Part shown: in pieces, positions 10,067 to 17,744 of the stretch
Numbering within the stretch: position 1 is the first letter of the stretch
Layout of the letters: the number at the start of each line of letters is the position of its first letter
Virus record (IMG/VR): IMGVR_UViG_3300042691_044682
Coordinates: 1-64,000 of that record
Source of the DNA: a virus
Reading direction: 5' to 3' (one strand)
Length of the DNA: 64,000 nt
Notes under the pieces: generated by a model
Told to the model about the DNA's origin: nothing
Database searches by the model: none
Seen by the model: the letters and a program-made list of their open reading frames with translations, nothing else
Program-made: the position numbers and the translations under genes

Positions 10067-10459
10067 TCATCGCCGCGCCCTCTTCTTCGCCGCCGGCTTC
10101 TTCCGTGCCCGGGGCTCTGCCGCCATGGCTAGGTCGTAGGCCGCCTGGGCCGCGGCCGCCATCGCGGGCGTGACACCGGAGATCTCCAGCGCCAGGCGGT
10201 CCTTCTCGACGAACGCGTCGAAGTCTTTCACCGCGAAGAGGAGGTTCTCCAGCACGACCTTCGCCCGCGGCTCGCCACGGCCGCGCGCGTCAATCGAGAA
10301 CTCGATCGCGACCACGCCGCGCAGCGGCACCCAGCCGGCAGGCTCGCCGCACCAGACCAAGACGGCGCTGTTAAACGCAGCACGCCCCCCGACCACGCGG
10401 ATGTCGCCCCGCTCGGGCGGCGGCGAGGGACGGGACGGGTCAAGGATGGTCGGGCTCAT
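10067..10459 (-). CDS. Hypothetical protein
   Basis: 130 aa ORF packed in the operon. Confidence 0.6.
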   Translation of the reverse strand: MSPTILDPSRPSPPPERGDIRVVGGRAAFNSAVLVWCGEPAGWVPLRGVVAIEFSIDARGRGEPRAKVVLENLLFAVKDFDAFVEKDRLALEISGVTPAMAAAAQAAYDLAMAAEPRARKKPAAKKRARR

Positions 10460-10462
10460 GGC

Positions 10463-10744
10463 TCAGCCCTCCGTCCGCGGGAACCACGGCGAGACCGGGT
10501 TCGCGATCGCGCGCACCAGGCGGATGGTGGCGTCCTCGTAGGCGGTGCGCGCCATGGCAAGGTCGCGGGCCTGCTGCGGGAAGAGATGCCCCACGGCGCG
10601 CAGGGCGGCTTCGACGCGCCCGTGCAGCTCCGCCGCCTTCGCCTCGAAGGCCTTGGCCTCGTTCATGAGTCGGCGGCAGAGCGCGTCGATCTCGGCCTGG
10701 GTCAGATCCCGGTAGCCGGTGATCTTGGTGTGCTGGTCCTTCAC
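10463..10744 (-). CDS. acb2: Acb2/Vs.4-like cyclic-nucleotide sponge (anti-CBASS)
   Basis: QHTKITGYRDLTQAEID...MN..K at the N-terminus and LAMART..E.A...LVRAIANP.S at the C-terminus match the Acb2 pattern; 93 aa. Confidence 0.8.
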   Translation of the reverse strand: MKDQHTKITGYRDLTQAEIDALCRRLMNEAKAFEAKAAELHGRVEAALRAVGHLFPQQARDLAMARTAYEDATIRLVRAIANPVSPWFPRTEG

Positions 10745-10746
10745 GC

Positions 10747-11241
10747 TCAGCCCTCCTTTGCCTTGGTGACGGCGACGGCCGCATCATCCACCGACACGAC
10801 CCCCAGGTTTTTCGCCAGCCCACCCCGAATGGCGCGCGGCGTGTCGCGGCGGGGGCAGATGCCCTGCCGGCAGATAACCTCGTACCCGTCCGGGCACGCG
10901 CAGTTGCCCCCAACCCGCGATATGGCCTGGGCAGAAGGCGGGCGCAGCAGGGCGCCGACCTGGATCTCGTCCCGCATGAGCCAGATGGCGTCGGCGGCGT
11001 GCTTCAGCGCACGCGCCACGGCCTCGGCCCGGCGGCCGTTCTCACCGCGCAGGGGCCGAAGCGGCTGCAGATCAGCCCGGATGGCGTCGATCAGGTGGGC
11101 GGCGTCGCCGAGCGCACAGCGCATCGCCACGGGGTCGTGGCCGACCTTCTCGCGGTACGCCCGCATGGCGGCCAGCGCCTGCTGCTCACGCTGGCCCACT
11201 TGGCGCTCGGCGGGAATCGGATCGTTCGGGTCGTCGCTCAT
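10747..11241 (-). CDS. Hypothetical protein
   Basis: ATG 11241 overlaps the upstream stop. Confidence 0.6.
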   Translation of the reverse strand: MSDDPNDPIPAERQVGQREQQALAAMRAYREKVGHDPVAMRCALGDAAHLIDAIRADLQPLRPLRGENGRRAEAVARALKHAADAIWLMRDEIQVGALLRPPSAQAISRVGGNCACPDGYEVICRQGICPRRDTPRAIRGGLAKNLGVVSVDDAAVAVTKAKEG

Positions 11242-11714
11242 CGCACCCCGAACCTCTGCTTCGCCGCGGCGAGCACCCCGTCCCTGGACGACGCGACGGC
11301 GCGATCGATCGTCACCAGCGAGGCCGGACGACGCGCCCAGGCCGGCAGCCTGATCAGCACCGCGGTCTTGCCCTGCAGCTTCGTCTCCACGGCTTCGGCG
11401 GCCTTGGTCTGCGTCACCTCCATCCAGGGAAAGAGCGGCGTGACGAGCCGCGCCGCCGCGGTGTGCAGGACGTCGCGCAGCTTGCGCCCCTGCGCATCCA
11501 TCTCCGTGGCGGCGCGGATCCGCAGCCAGCCCTCCTGCTCGCCCATGCCCTCCTCCACGACCACGCGCGTTTCGGCGGTCCAGCCGAGCGTGGTGAGGAT
11601 CATCCCCGTGAACAGGATCGAGACGCCGAAGCCCTTGTCCTTCTTCACAATGGACAGGCGCACCTGGTCCTGCGCCCGCCCGGGCAGTGGGAACTCGATC
11701 GGCGCCCAGGTCAT
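11238..11714 (-). CDS. Hypothetical protein
   Basis: ATGA-coupled ORF. Confidence 0.65.
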   Translation of the reverse strand: MTWAPIEFPLPGRAQDQVRLSIVKKDKGFGVSILFTGMILTTLGWTAETRVVVEEGMGEQEGWLRIRAATEMDAQGRKLRDVLHTAAARLVTPLFPWMEVTQTKAAEAVETKLQGKTAVLIRLPAWARRPASLVTIDRAVASSRDGVLAAAKQRFGVR

Positions 11715-12142
11715 GCCACCACCGCCGCCGCATAGGTCGCCGGGGCCCGCTTATCCACCGCGAAGCCTCGCGCGCGCAGCCACTCGATGACGTCCTCCTC
11801 GCGGTCCGACGAGAGGCGGTCGAAGAGCGCCAGCACCTGACCCAGCCGGCGATGAACGGCCGGGTAGTTGATATCGACGGACTCCCGCAGGCGGATCAGC
11901 TGCAAGAGGCGGTCGGTTTCCTTCTGGCGGTCCTGCATGCCCCGGCGATAGCCATCGGCTTGGCCACGATAACGCCGGGCTTCGTTTTCGGCCGCCTCCA
12001 GCGCGGCCCGAAGATCGGCCACCAGCACCCCGAGCGCCGTGATCCGCTCCGCCGCCCAGGCGGCGGCCTCGATCACGTCGTCGGAACCGCTCGCGACCCG
12101 CCCAGCGTCACAGAGCAGTTCCATCCTCATGTCGTCGGTCAT
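11711..12142 (-). CDS. Hypothetical coiled-coil protein
   Basis: ATGA-coupled ORF. Confidence 0.65.
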   Translation of the reverse strand: MTDDMRMELLCDAGRVASGSDDVIEAAAWAAERITALGVLVADLRAALEAAENEARRYRGQADGYRRGMQDRQKETDRLLQLIRLRESVDINYPAVHRRLGQVLALFDRLSSDREEDVIEWLRARGFAVDKRAPATYAAAVVA

Positions 12143-12432
12143 GTTCAGGATCCTCCTCGCTCGTTTCCTCTCCCGGCCCCGGCGCCTCGCCGAGGTCGAA
12201 GGTGATGGTCACCAGGACGCGGCGCCGCCAGCGCATGACGCCCGCCTGGCCGCCGCCGGCGACGACGTCGCCAAGGGTGCGCCAGCCGAGCGCCGGGCCG
12301 CACCAGACGTCGATGCCGGCGCCCAGGCCCTCGAGGTCGCCGCGGATGGTGCCCACGGGGCGCTCGACGTCCTCGCTGGGCGGCTGGAGCGGGGCGAACA
12401 GGTCATCGATCACTGCTCACCCCGCTCCCTGC

Positions 12433-12804
12433 CGGCGTTGCGGTGCCTTGCCCTGCGAAGCCCTGCCTTGCCTGCGATGCCTTGCGATGCCCAGCCTCGC
12501 CTCGCCTTGCCTTGCCTGCCCTGCCCGGCCACGCCAGACCCAGCCCCGCCAGGCCATGCCTGCCGTGCCCCGCCATGCCCGGCCACGCCGTGCGCCGCGG
12601 TGCCTCGCCTTGCCTGCGCTGCCATGCCCCGCCAAGCCCCGCCATGACTAGCCATGCCTGCGGTGCCCTGCCCCGCCACGCCAGACCCAGCGACGCCTTG
12701 CCTTGCCTGCCCTGCCCGGCCACGCCAGACCGTGCCGTGCCATGCCTTGCCTGCCATGCGGTGGCACGCCTCGCCTAGCCTCGCCTAGCCCGGCGCCGCC
12801 TGCG
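12433..12804 (-). ncRNA. GGY-NN pentamer array A (8 units; putative guide RNAs)
   Basis: 68 in-phase pentamers (mostly GGC-NN; GGT/CGC/GTC variants) in units of 9,8,9,8,10,8,8,8, each preceded by GGCA/CGCA. Confidence 0.85.
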
Positions 12805-13237
12805 TCGGACCTTCCACCAGCGCCCCCATTGCCGCCTCGATGTGCGGCGCCAGGGACGCGTAGCGGCGGTACCGCTCGAGGACGCGATCGACATCGAGCC
12901 GCATCCGCCGCAGGAGCACCTCCATGTCATCCTCGTCCTGCAGGACGGCGGTGATGGTCCGGTAGGTGTTCCTGGCGACGGTCACGTAGGCGCGGACGGG
13001 CACCAACGCATCGTCCGGCCGCGGCAGCATCGTCACCGCGGCGCGGATCACCCGCCCGGCCTCGATCAGCAGCAGCTTCGCCTGCGCGTCGTCCGCATCC
13101 CAGGTGAAGGCCGCGTGGAGCGCCGTGTTGGAGCTCCGCGCGAAGTCGATCACAGCCTCCTTGGTGAGGACGCCGCCGTTCATCTGGCGGACGACCTCGA
13201 GCTCGGCGAGCTGCGACTGGGTCAGCATCCTGCTCAC
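12785..13237 (-). CDS. Accessory protein coupled to the RAMP gene
   Basis: GTG overlaps the RAMP stop (GTGA); LTKEAVIDFAR...LHAAFTWD motif; 3' end overlaps array A. Confidence 0.8.
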   Translation of the reverse strand: MSRMLTQSQLAELEVVRQMNGGVLTKEAVIDFARSSNTALHAAFTWDADDAQAKLLLIEAGRVIRAAVTMLPRPDDALVPVRAYVTVARNTYRTITAVLQDEDDMEVLLRRMRLDVDRVLERYRRYASLAPHIEAAMGALVEGPTQAAPG

Positions 13238-13926
13238 GGCCGCTCCTGGATCCGGAAGCTGCCCCAGCCGACGCCGGCGCTGTTCTTGCTGTCCGCCCGG
13301 CCCTCGCCGATGCCGACCTGCTCGCCCACCCGCGACATCAGGTTCGCGATGTCGGTGGCGGTGAACTGGTCGGCGTCGAAGCGGACCGTCACGTCCATCT
13401 CCCACTCGCGCCACATGGGCCGGGTGCGGATGTCGATGACCCCCGTCGCGTTGCGGGTGGGCAGGTCGCTGCGGATGGGCTCGGGGCCGAGGATGCGCAC
13501 CAGCGGCGTGCCGTCGATCCGGTCGAAGCCGTGCGGCTCCACGAAGACCGACATCTTCGCCAGCGTCATCTTGAAGTTCACGAGCCGGCAGGCGGAGATC
13601 ATGCCGCTGCGGAAGGCCCCGGCATGGACGCCGTCCCAGCCATCGGTGGAGATGTGCCGGGCCTCGTTGAAGGCGGCGTCGAAGTCCTTCGCGTCGCGCT
13701 TCTTCTTGCCGCGGGCGGTGGACCCGGCGGCCTGCTTCTCCATCATCGCCTGCATGGCCTTCGCGGGGAACCGCGAGATCACCAGCGGCGCGGTGCCGAT
13801 GATGTGGAAGGTCACCATGCGCATGTTGGGCGCGGTGATGGTGATCGGCTGGGCGCCGTCGCCCAGCTCGTCGCCGCGCCCCTTGGCCGATCGCTTGGCC
13901 TTGGCGCCGGCAGTCATCCCATCCAT
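13234..13926 (-). CDS. Stand-alone Cas7/RAMP-like protein (Vipr-like)
   Basis: 230 aa; beta1 VTFHIIGTAPL, VHAGAFRSGM helix and C-terminal Gly-rich loop VGIGEGR...GVGWGSF; AAGGA RBS before ATG 13926. Confidence 0.8.
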   Translation of the reverse strand: MDGMTAGAKAKRSAKGRGDELGDGAQPITITAPNMRMVTFHIIGTAPLVISRFPAKAMQAMMEKQAAGSTARGKKKRDAKDFDAAFNEARHISTDGWDGVHAGAFRSGMISACRLVNFKMTLAKMSVFVEPHGFDRIDGTPLVRILGPEPIRSDLPTRNATGVIDIRTRPMWREWEMDVTVRFDADQFTATDIANLMSRVGEQVGIGEGRADSKNSAGVGWGSFRIQERP

Positions 13927-13980
13927 GATGTCGATCCTTCGTTCAGAAGATCCCCGGGCGGCCAATCCGCCTGGGGTGGT

Positions 13981-14014
13981 ACGGGGAGCGGGTTCCAGGC
14001 CCGCTCCCCGTTTT
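13981..14014. terminator. 12-bp perfect hairpin at the 3' end of array B
   Basis: ACGGGGAGCGGG-TTCCAGG-CCCGCTCCCCGT, followed by T's on the + strand. Confidence 0.65.
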
Positions 14015-14019
14015 CGTGC

Positions 14020-14319
14020 CGGCCTCGACCGGCCTGGCCTTGCCTCGCCGAGCCGAGCGAAGCCCGACCGCGCCTAGCCACGCCTGCCGTGCCCGGCCGT
14101 GCCTTGCCAGTCCACGCCCTGCCTGCCGTGCCCGGCCGCGCCAGTCCTCGCCCTTCCAGTCCTAGCCAAGCCTGCCGCGCCATGCCGAGCCCCGCCTGTC
14201 CGTGACTAGCCATGCCTGCGGTGCCTCGCCACGCCCTGCCACGCCTAACCAGGCCTCTACACGCCTCGCCTGCCGTGCCACGCCCGGCCTAGCCCCGCGA
14301 AACGCAGCCAGGCCCCGAC
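14020..14319 (-). ncRNA. GGY-NN pentamer array B (6 units; putative guide RNAs)
   Basis: 56 in-phase pentamers in units of 9,10,8,9,7,13 separated by GGCA/CGCA. Confidence 0.85.
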
Positions 14320-14360
14320 ACGGCTCAATGAAAGACATTTCAATGTGATCCTGTCCAGCG

Positions 14361-14386
14361 GAAAAATACATCTAGATGTGTTTTTC
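14361..14386. promoter_or_regulatory. AT-rich palindrome upstream of array B
   Basis: GAAAAATACATCTAGATGTGTTTTTC; 26 bp with one mismatched pair. Confidence 0.55.
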
Positions 14387-15233
14387 ACGCAGGGTCGATC
14401 GGATCCTCCGGCGGCGCCGGCACAGGCGGACGCTCCGTCCCGCCCTCCATGAACTCCACCAAGCGCTGGTACGCCTCCAGCTCCGCCGTCGGCATCTTCG
14501 CGAAGTCCAGCACCAGCTTCCGCTCCGTCTGGGTCACCTCGTGCTGGTGCTCGATCGGCGCCCCATCGACCCCCGACAGCTCCACCCGCTTCGGCCGATC
14601 CTCCATCCCCAGCGCCTTGCGCCGCTGCACCTGGATGCTCTCGGCCAGCCGCGTCAGCGCCGTGATCTTCGACGCGATCGCGTCCTTCCCATCCGCCAGC
14701 ACCTCCAGCACCTCGAGGTCGGGGTCCTTGTGGTCGGTCATCACGAACAGGAGCTTCGTCACGTGCCGGTGCAGCTGGTCGAACGTCTCGGACAGCTGGT
14801 CGATCCGCCGGAGGTCGCGCAGCACCCCCACCTTCATCACCTCGGCCACCCGGTCGATCGTCAGCTCCCGCGCCTCGGCCACCAGCGAGGTGGGCTGATT
14901 ATTTTCCTGATCTTCTGGGTCCGAGGGGTCCGAAAAATCGGACGAATGGTCCGAGCGCTCCTTGGGAGCCAGCTTTTCCCTGCGGTCCGAGGGGTCCGAG
15001 GGCTCGGACTTTGGGCGGCTGGCCTCGTCGTGTTCGAGGACGGCGCGGGCGACGGCGGCTGACTGTGCGGCGGCGAGGGCGGCGGGGGAACGGGCCCAGC
15101 CTTCGCTCACGGCGCGCTTGCGGATGGCCTTTTCGGAGACGTTGAACTTGGCGGCGAGAGCGAGGTTGGAGACTGTCCCCATCTCCCACTCGGCCCGGAG
15201 GGCGAGCCATTCCTCGGGGCTGAGGGCGGGCAT
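14385..15233 (-). CDS. terS: Terminase small subunit
   Basis: N-terminal HTH (LAAKFNVSEKAIRKRAVSEGW) and ELSGVDGAPIE motif. Confidence 0.8.
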   Translation of the reverse strand: MPALSPEEWLALRAEWEMGTVSNLALAAKFNVSEKAIRKRAVSEGWARSPAALAAAQSAAVARAVLEHDEASRPKSEPSDPSDRREKLAPKERSDHSSDFSDPSDPEDQENNQPTSLVAEARELTIDRVAEVMKVGVLRDLRRIDQLSETFDQLHRHVTKLLFVMTDHKDPDLEVLEVLADGKDAIASKITALTRLAESIQVQRRKALGMEDRPKRVELSGVDGAPIEHQHEVTQTERKLVLDFAKMPTAELEAYQRLVEFMEGGTERPPVPAPPEDPIDPA

Positions 15234-15236
15234 GTG

Positions 15237-15455
15237 TCAGCCCTTCTGCGGGACGACCCGGATGGGCGCGACCTCGAACTGCATGCCGCAGTGCTCGCAG
15301 AGGGGGAAGCGGGCTTCGGCCAGCGCGACGTAGGCGCCGCTGCGGGCTTCGTGCCAGTCATCACATGCCAGGATGTGCGGGCGCTGGCAGCATGGGCAGA
15401 GCACCTCCATCTCGACGGGGCGCAGGGGCGAACGGGGCAGAGGGAGGGTGGTCAT
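15237..15455 (-). CDS. Small zinc-ribbon protein
   Basis: CPCC...CEHC. Confidence 0.6.
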   Translation of the reverse strand: MTTLPLPRSPLRPVEMEVLCPCCQRPHILACDDWHEARSGAYVALAEARFPLCEHCGMQFEVAPIRVVPQKG

Positions 15456-15610
15456 ACCCCTCCTCCCCCGGCGAGGCCGCAGAACCCGCGCCGCGCCGCG
15501 CCGAGGGTCCGGCGCCAGACCCGGGATTGGCCGTCGGAGATCTCGTAGGACGGCACCCTGGCGAAGGGGCACCAGCGCTCGCGGGCGTCGGCTTCGGTGA
15601 GAGCGGTCAT
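15452..15610 (-). CDS. Small hypothetical protein
   Basis: MTALTEADARERWCPFARV; ATGA-coupled at both ends; below the track cutoff. Confidence 0.55.
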   Translation of the reverse strand: MTALTEADARERWCPFARVPSYEISDGQSRVWRRTLGAARRGFCGLAGGGGV

Positions 15611-15960
15611 GCGTCGGTATCCTCGTCGACGGAGGCGGGCTTCTTCTGCGGCACCGGGCGCGCACGCCAGCCGGGGATCTCGGCGAAGCGCTCCTCCTGG
15701 CCGGGAACCGGCTCGATGGCGAAGGCCACCCCCGCGGCGAGTTGGACCTCGATGACGCGGCCGACGATCGCCTCAATGGTTTCTGAGACCGCGGTGATGG
15801 CACCCCCCACGGGCGGCGGGCCGAAGCGCGGCGGCATCATCCAGCGGATCTGCATGTCGCGGCGCAGATCGGCGGGCGGGATGCTGTGCGGCACCCAGCC
15901 CAGGTGGACATAGACGCGCCGCTCGGCGTCCCAGCGGTAGACGGGAAGCGTGGTGGTCAT
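15607..15960 (-). CDS. Hypothetical protein
   Basis: ATGA-coupled. Confidence 0.6.
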   Translation of the reverse strand: MTTTLPVYRWDAERRVYVHLGWVPHSIPPADLRRDMQIRWMMPPRFGPPPVGGAITAVSETIEAIVGRVIEVQLAAGVAFAIEPVPGQEERFAEIPGWRARPVPQKKPASVDEDTDA

Positions 15961-16514
15961 GCGTCGGTTTCCCCGAAGATCTGCTTCTTGAGCTGCGCGG
16001 CCAAATCCCGCTCGGCCCTTTCGTCGGCCACGCTGATCCGGGCCGCGACATGCGCGCGGATGATGGCGGCGTAGCACTCGCGCGCGCCGTCCTCTGCGGC
16101 GGTGCCGTGGAGCCGATCGCCGACCAGCTTCGCTATCTCCGCCGCCTCCCGCATCCCTTCGGCTCGCGCCGCCGCGATGCGCCCGGCCAGCGCAGACGCG
16201 CCCGCTGGCGGTGGCAGCGCCTCCAGCGGCAATTCCGGCCGCAGCGTGCAGCCGTCGCGCCGACCGCGCAATTCGGCGGCGGCCTCGCGCGCGGCGACCT
16301 CGTCGGGGATGGGGCATGGGCCGAGGTAACACCAGCCTGCCCGGTTCATGTCCTCGACGCTGCCGCGCTCCAGCCACGTCTTGGTGCGCGGGTTCCAAAG
16401 GCACGGGCGCACAAAGGCGCGCGGGCTTTTCAGCCAATGCCACCCATCCCGCTCCGGATTGAGCGGCACGCCGGGGCGCGCCGGATCGGGCCAGCCGCTC
16501 GGGTCGGCGCTCAC
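15957..16514 (-). CDS. Hypothetical protein
   Basis: GTGA-coupled; WPDPARPGVPLNPERDGWHWL. Confidence 0.6.
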   Translation of the reverse strand: MSADPSGWPDPARPGVPLNPERDGWHWLKSPRAFVRPCLWNPRTKTWLERGSVEDMNRAGWCYLGPCPIPDEVAAREAAAELRGRRDGCTLRPELPLEALPPPAGASALAGRIAAARAEGMREAAEIAKLVGDRLHGTAAEDGARECYAAIIRAHVAARISVADERAERDLAAQLKKQIFGETDA

Positions 16515-17308
16515 GTCCGGCGCTCCCGCCCAGGCGGCGCCGGCGGCGCGGGATCGAACGGGCGCCTGGTCGCCCAGTCCGGCGGGACGTCGGTGCCGTA
16601 GGAGCCCAGGGCGCGGATGCAGGCGGCGAGGCTCGCAATCGCGGACGAGCTGCCCTGCAGGCTGACCATCCAGGGCAGCTCGTCGCCGGTGAGGAAGCCG
16701 ATCTCCATGGCCAGCCCGCGCCGGAAGGCCGCCTCCCAGGAGGTCATGGTCTCGTCGTCGATCACCCACCGCAGCTCGGGGCCGTTGGGCTGCGCACGCG
16801 CGTGCCAGGAAGTCGCCCCGATGGCGATGCGGACCCGGATGTCAGCCCCGGCCGGCAGAGCCCAGCCGCGGCGGCTGAGCCGAACCCACAGGACGCGCTC
16901 GCCGGCATAGTGCTGGACCAGCACCATGCGCTGGGCAGGACCCGGCAGGGAGGTGCCCGCCGCACAGGTGCGCTGGCCGCGCTCGGTGGTGCCGCCGAAG
17001 ACCTCCCAGGCGCCGGTGCGGCCCAGGCTGAAAAGCTCGGCACGCGCCGGGGCTGCAGAGCCGAACAGGAGAAGGATCGCGAGCACCAGGCCGCCCAGGG
17101 CCGCCCAGGCGAGCCAGCGGATACCACCCAGGCGGTGCAGGATGCGGTCGGAGAGACTCGGGCGCGCCCTGGCCCGCTCGAAGTCCAACATCGCAGCGCG
17201 CGCCAGCACCACCACGTCCTCGGTCACGACGGACGCCTCGCTCATCTTGGCAAGCATCTGCCGCTCGGCCCGCTCGCGCAGGCGATCTGTTGCTTTATGT
17301 TCAAGCAT
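16511..17308 (-). CDS. Membrane-anchored or exported protein
   Basis: Hydrophobic segment plus APARA site, then a GAWEVF..G...C domain. Confidence 0.6.
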   Translation of the reverse strand: MLEHKATDRLRERAERQMLAKMSEASVVTEDVVVLARAAMLDFERARARPSLSDRILHRLGGIRWLAWAALGGLVLAILLLFGSAAPARAELFSLGRTGAWEVFGGTTERGQRTCAAGTSLPGPAQRMVLVQHYAGERVLWVRLSRRGWALPAGADIRVRIAIGATSWHARAQPNGPELRWVIDDETMTSWEAAFRRGLAMEIGFLTGDELPWMVSLQGSSSAIASLAACIRALGSYGTDVPPDWATRRPFDPAPPAPPGRERRT

Positions 17309-17744
17309 CTATGCGCCTCCCCTCATCTTGTCTGCCAGCACAGCGCCCGCCTCGGTGGCCGCATAGCGGGTGGTCTCGCCCGAGCGCCGCAGCAGGCCCG
17401 CGGCCACCAGGGCAACGATCGAAGGCATGTGCAGGTGCTGCGGCGCCGTCGTCGGCCGCGAGCTGGCGGCGAAGTAGAGCAGCGCCTCCCTCTGCCGCGG
17501 GGTGAGCTGGCGCGCGCTCACGCGACCACCTCGTAACCCAGGCGCTCGGCATAGGCGGCCGCCCGCTCGCGCGTCTGCGCCCCGCCGAGATAGCACGATT
17601 TTTCAGTTACTTGCAGCGTTTCGCTCCGACGATATGGCATGCAATACGCGCCTCGCAGCCCGCAGCCCGGGCGACACCGGATCGCCCACCAGGGCTCGCC
17701 ATTCGGGATGAGCTCGATCGCCACGGTGCGACGCGCCGCCTCGC

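Noticed and set aside
12108-12413. 101-aa ORF downstream of array A
   Set aside because: It may be real, but the frame is ambiguous, it overlaps the next gene by 35 bp and has no motif.
12403-12778. Several overlapping ORFs across array A (also 13914-14371 across array B)
   Set aside because: Low-complexity translations in several frames, a by-product of the stop-poor pentamer repeat.
12433-14319. Canonical CRISPR array or simple microsatellite
   Set aside because: There is no constant 25-40-bp repeat with unique spacers. The variable NN, regular tetramer punctuation and orphan cassette argue against plain slippage.
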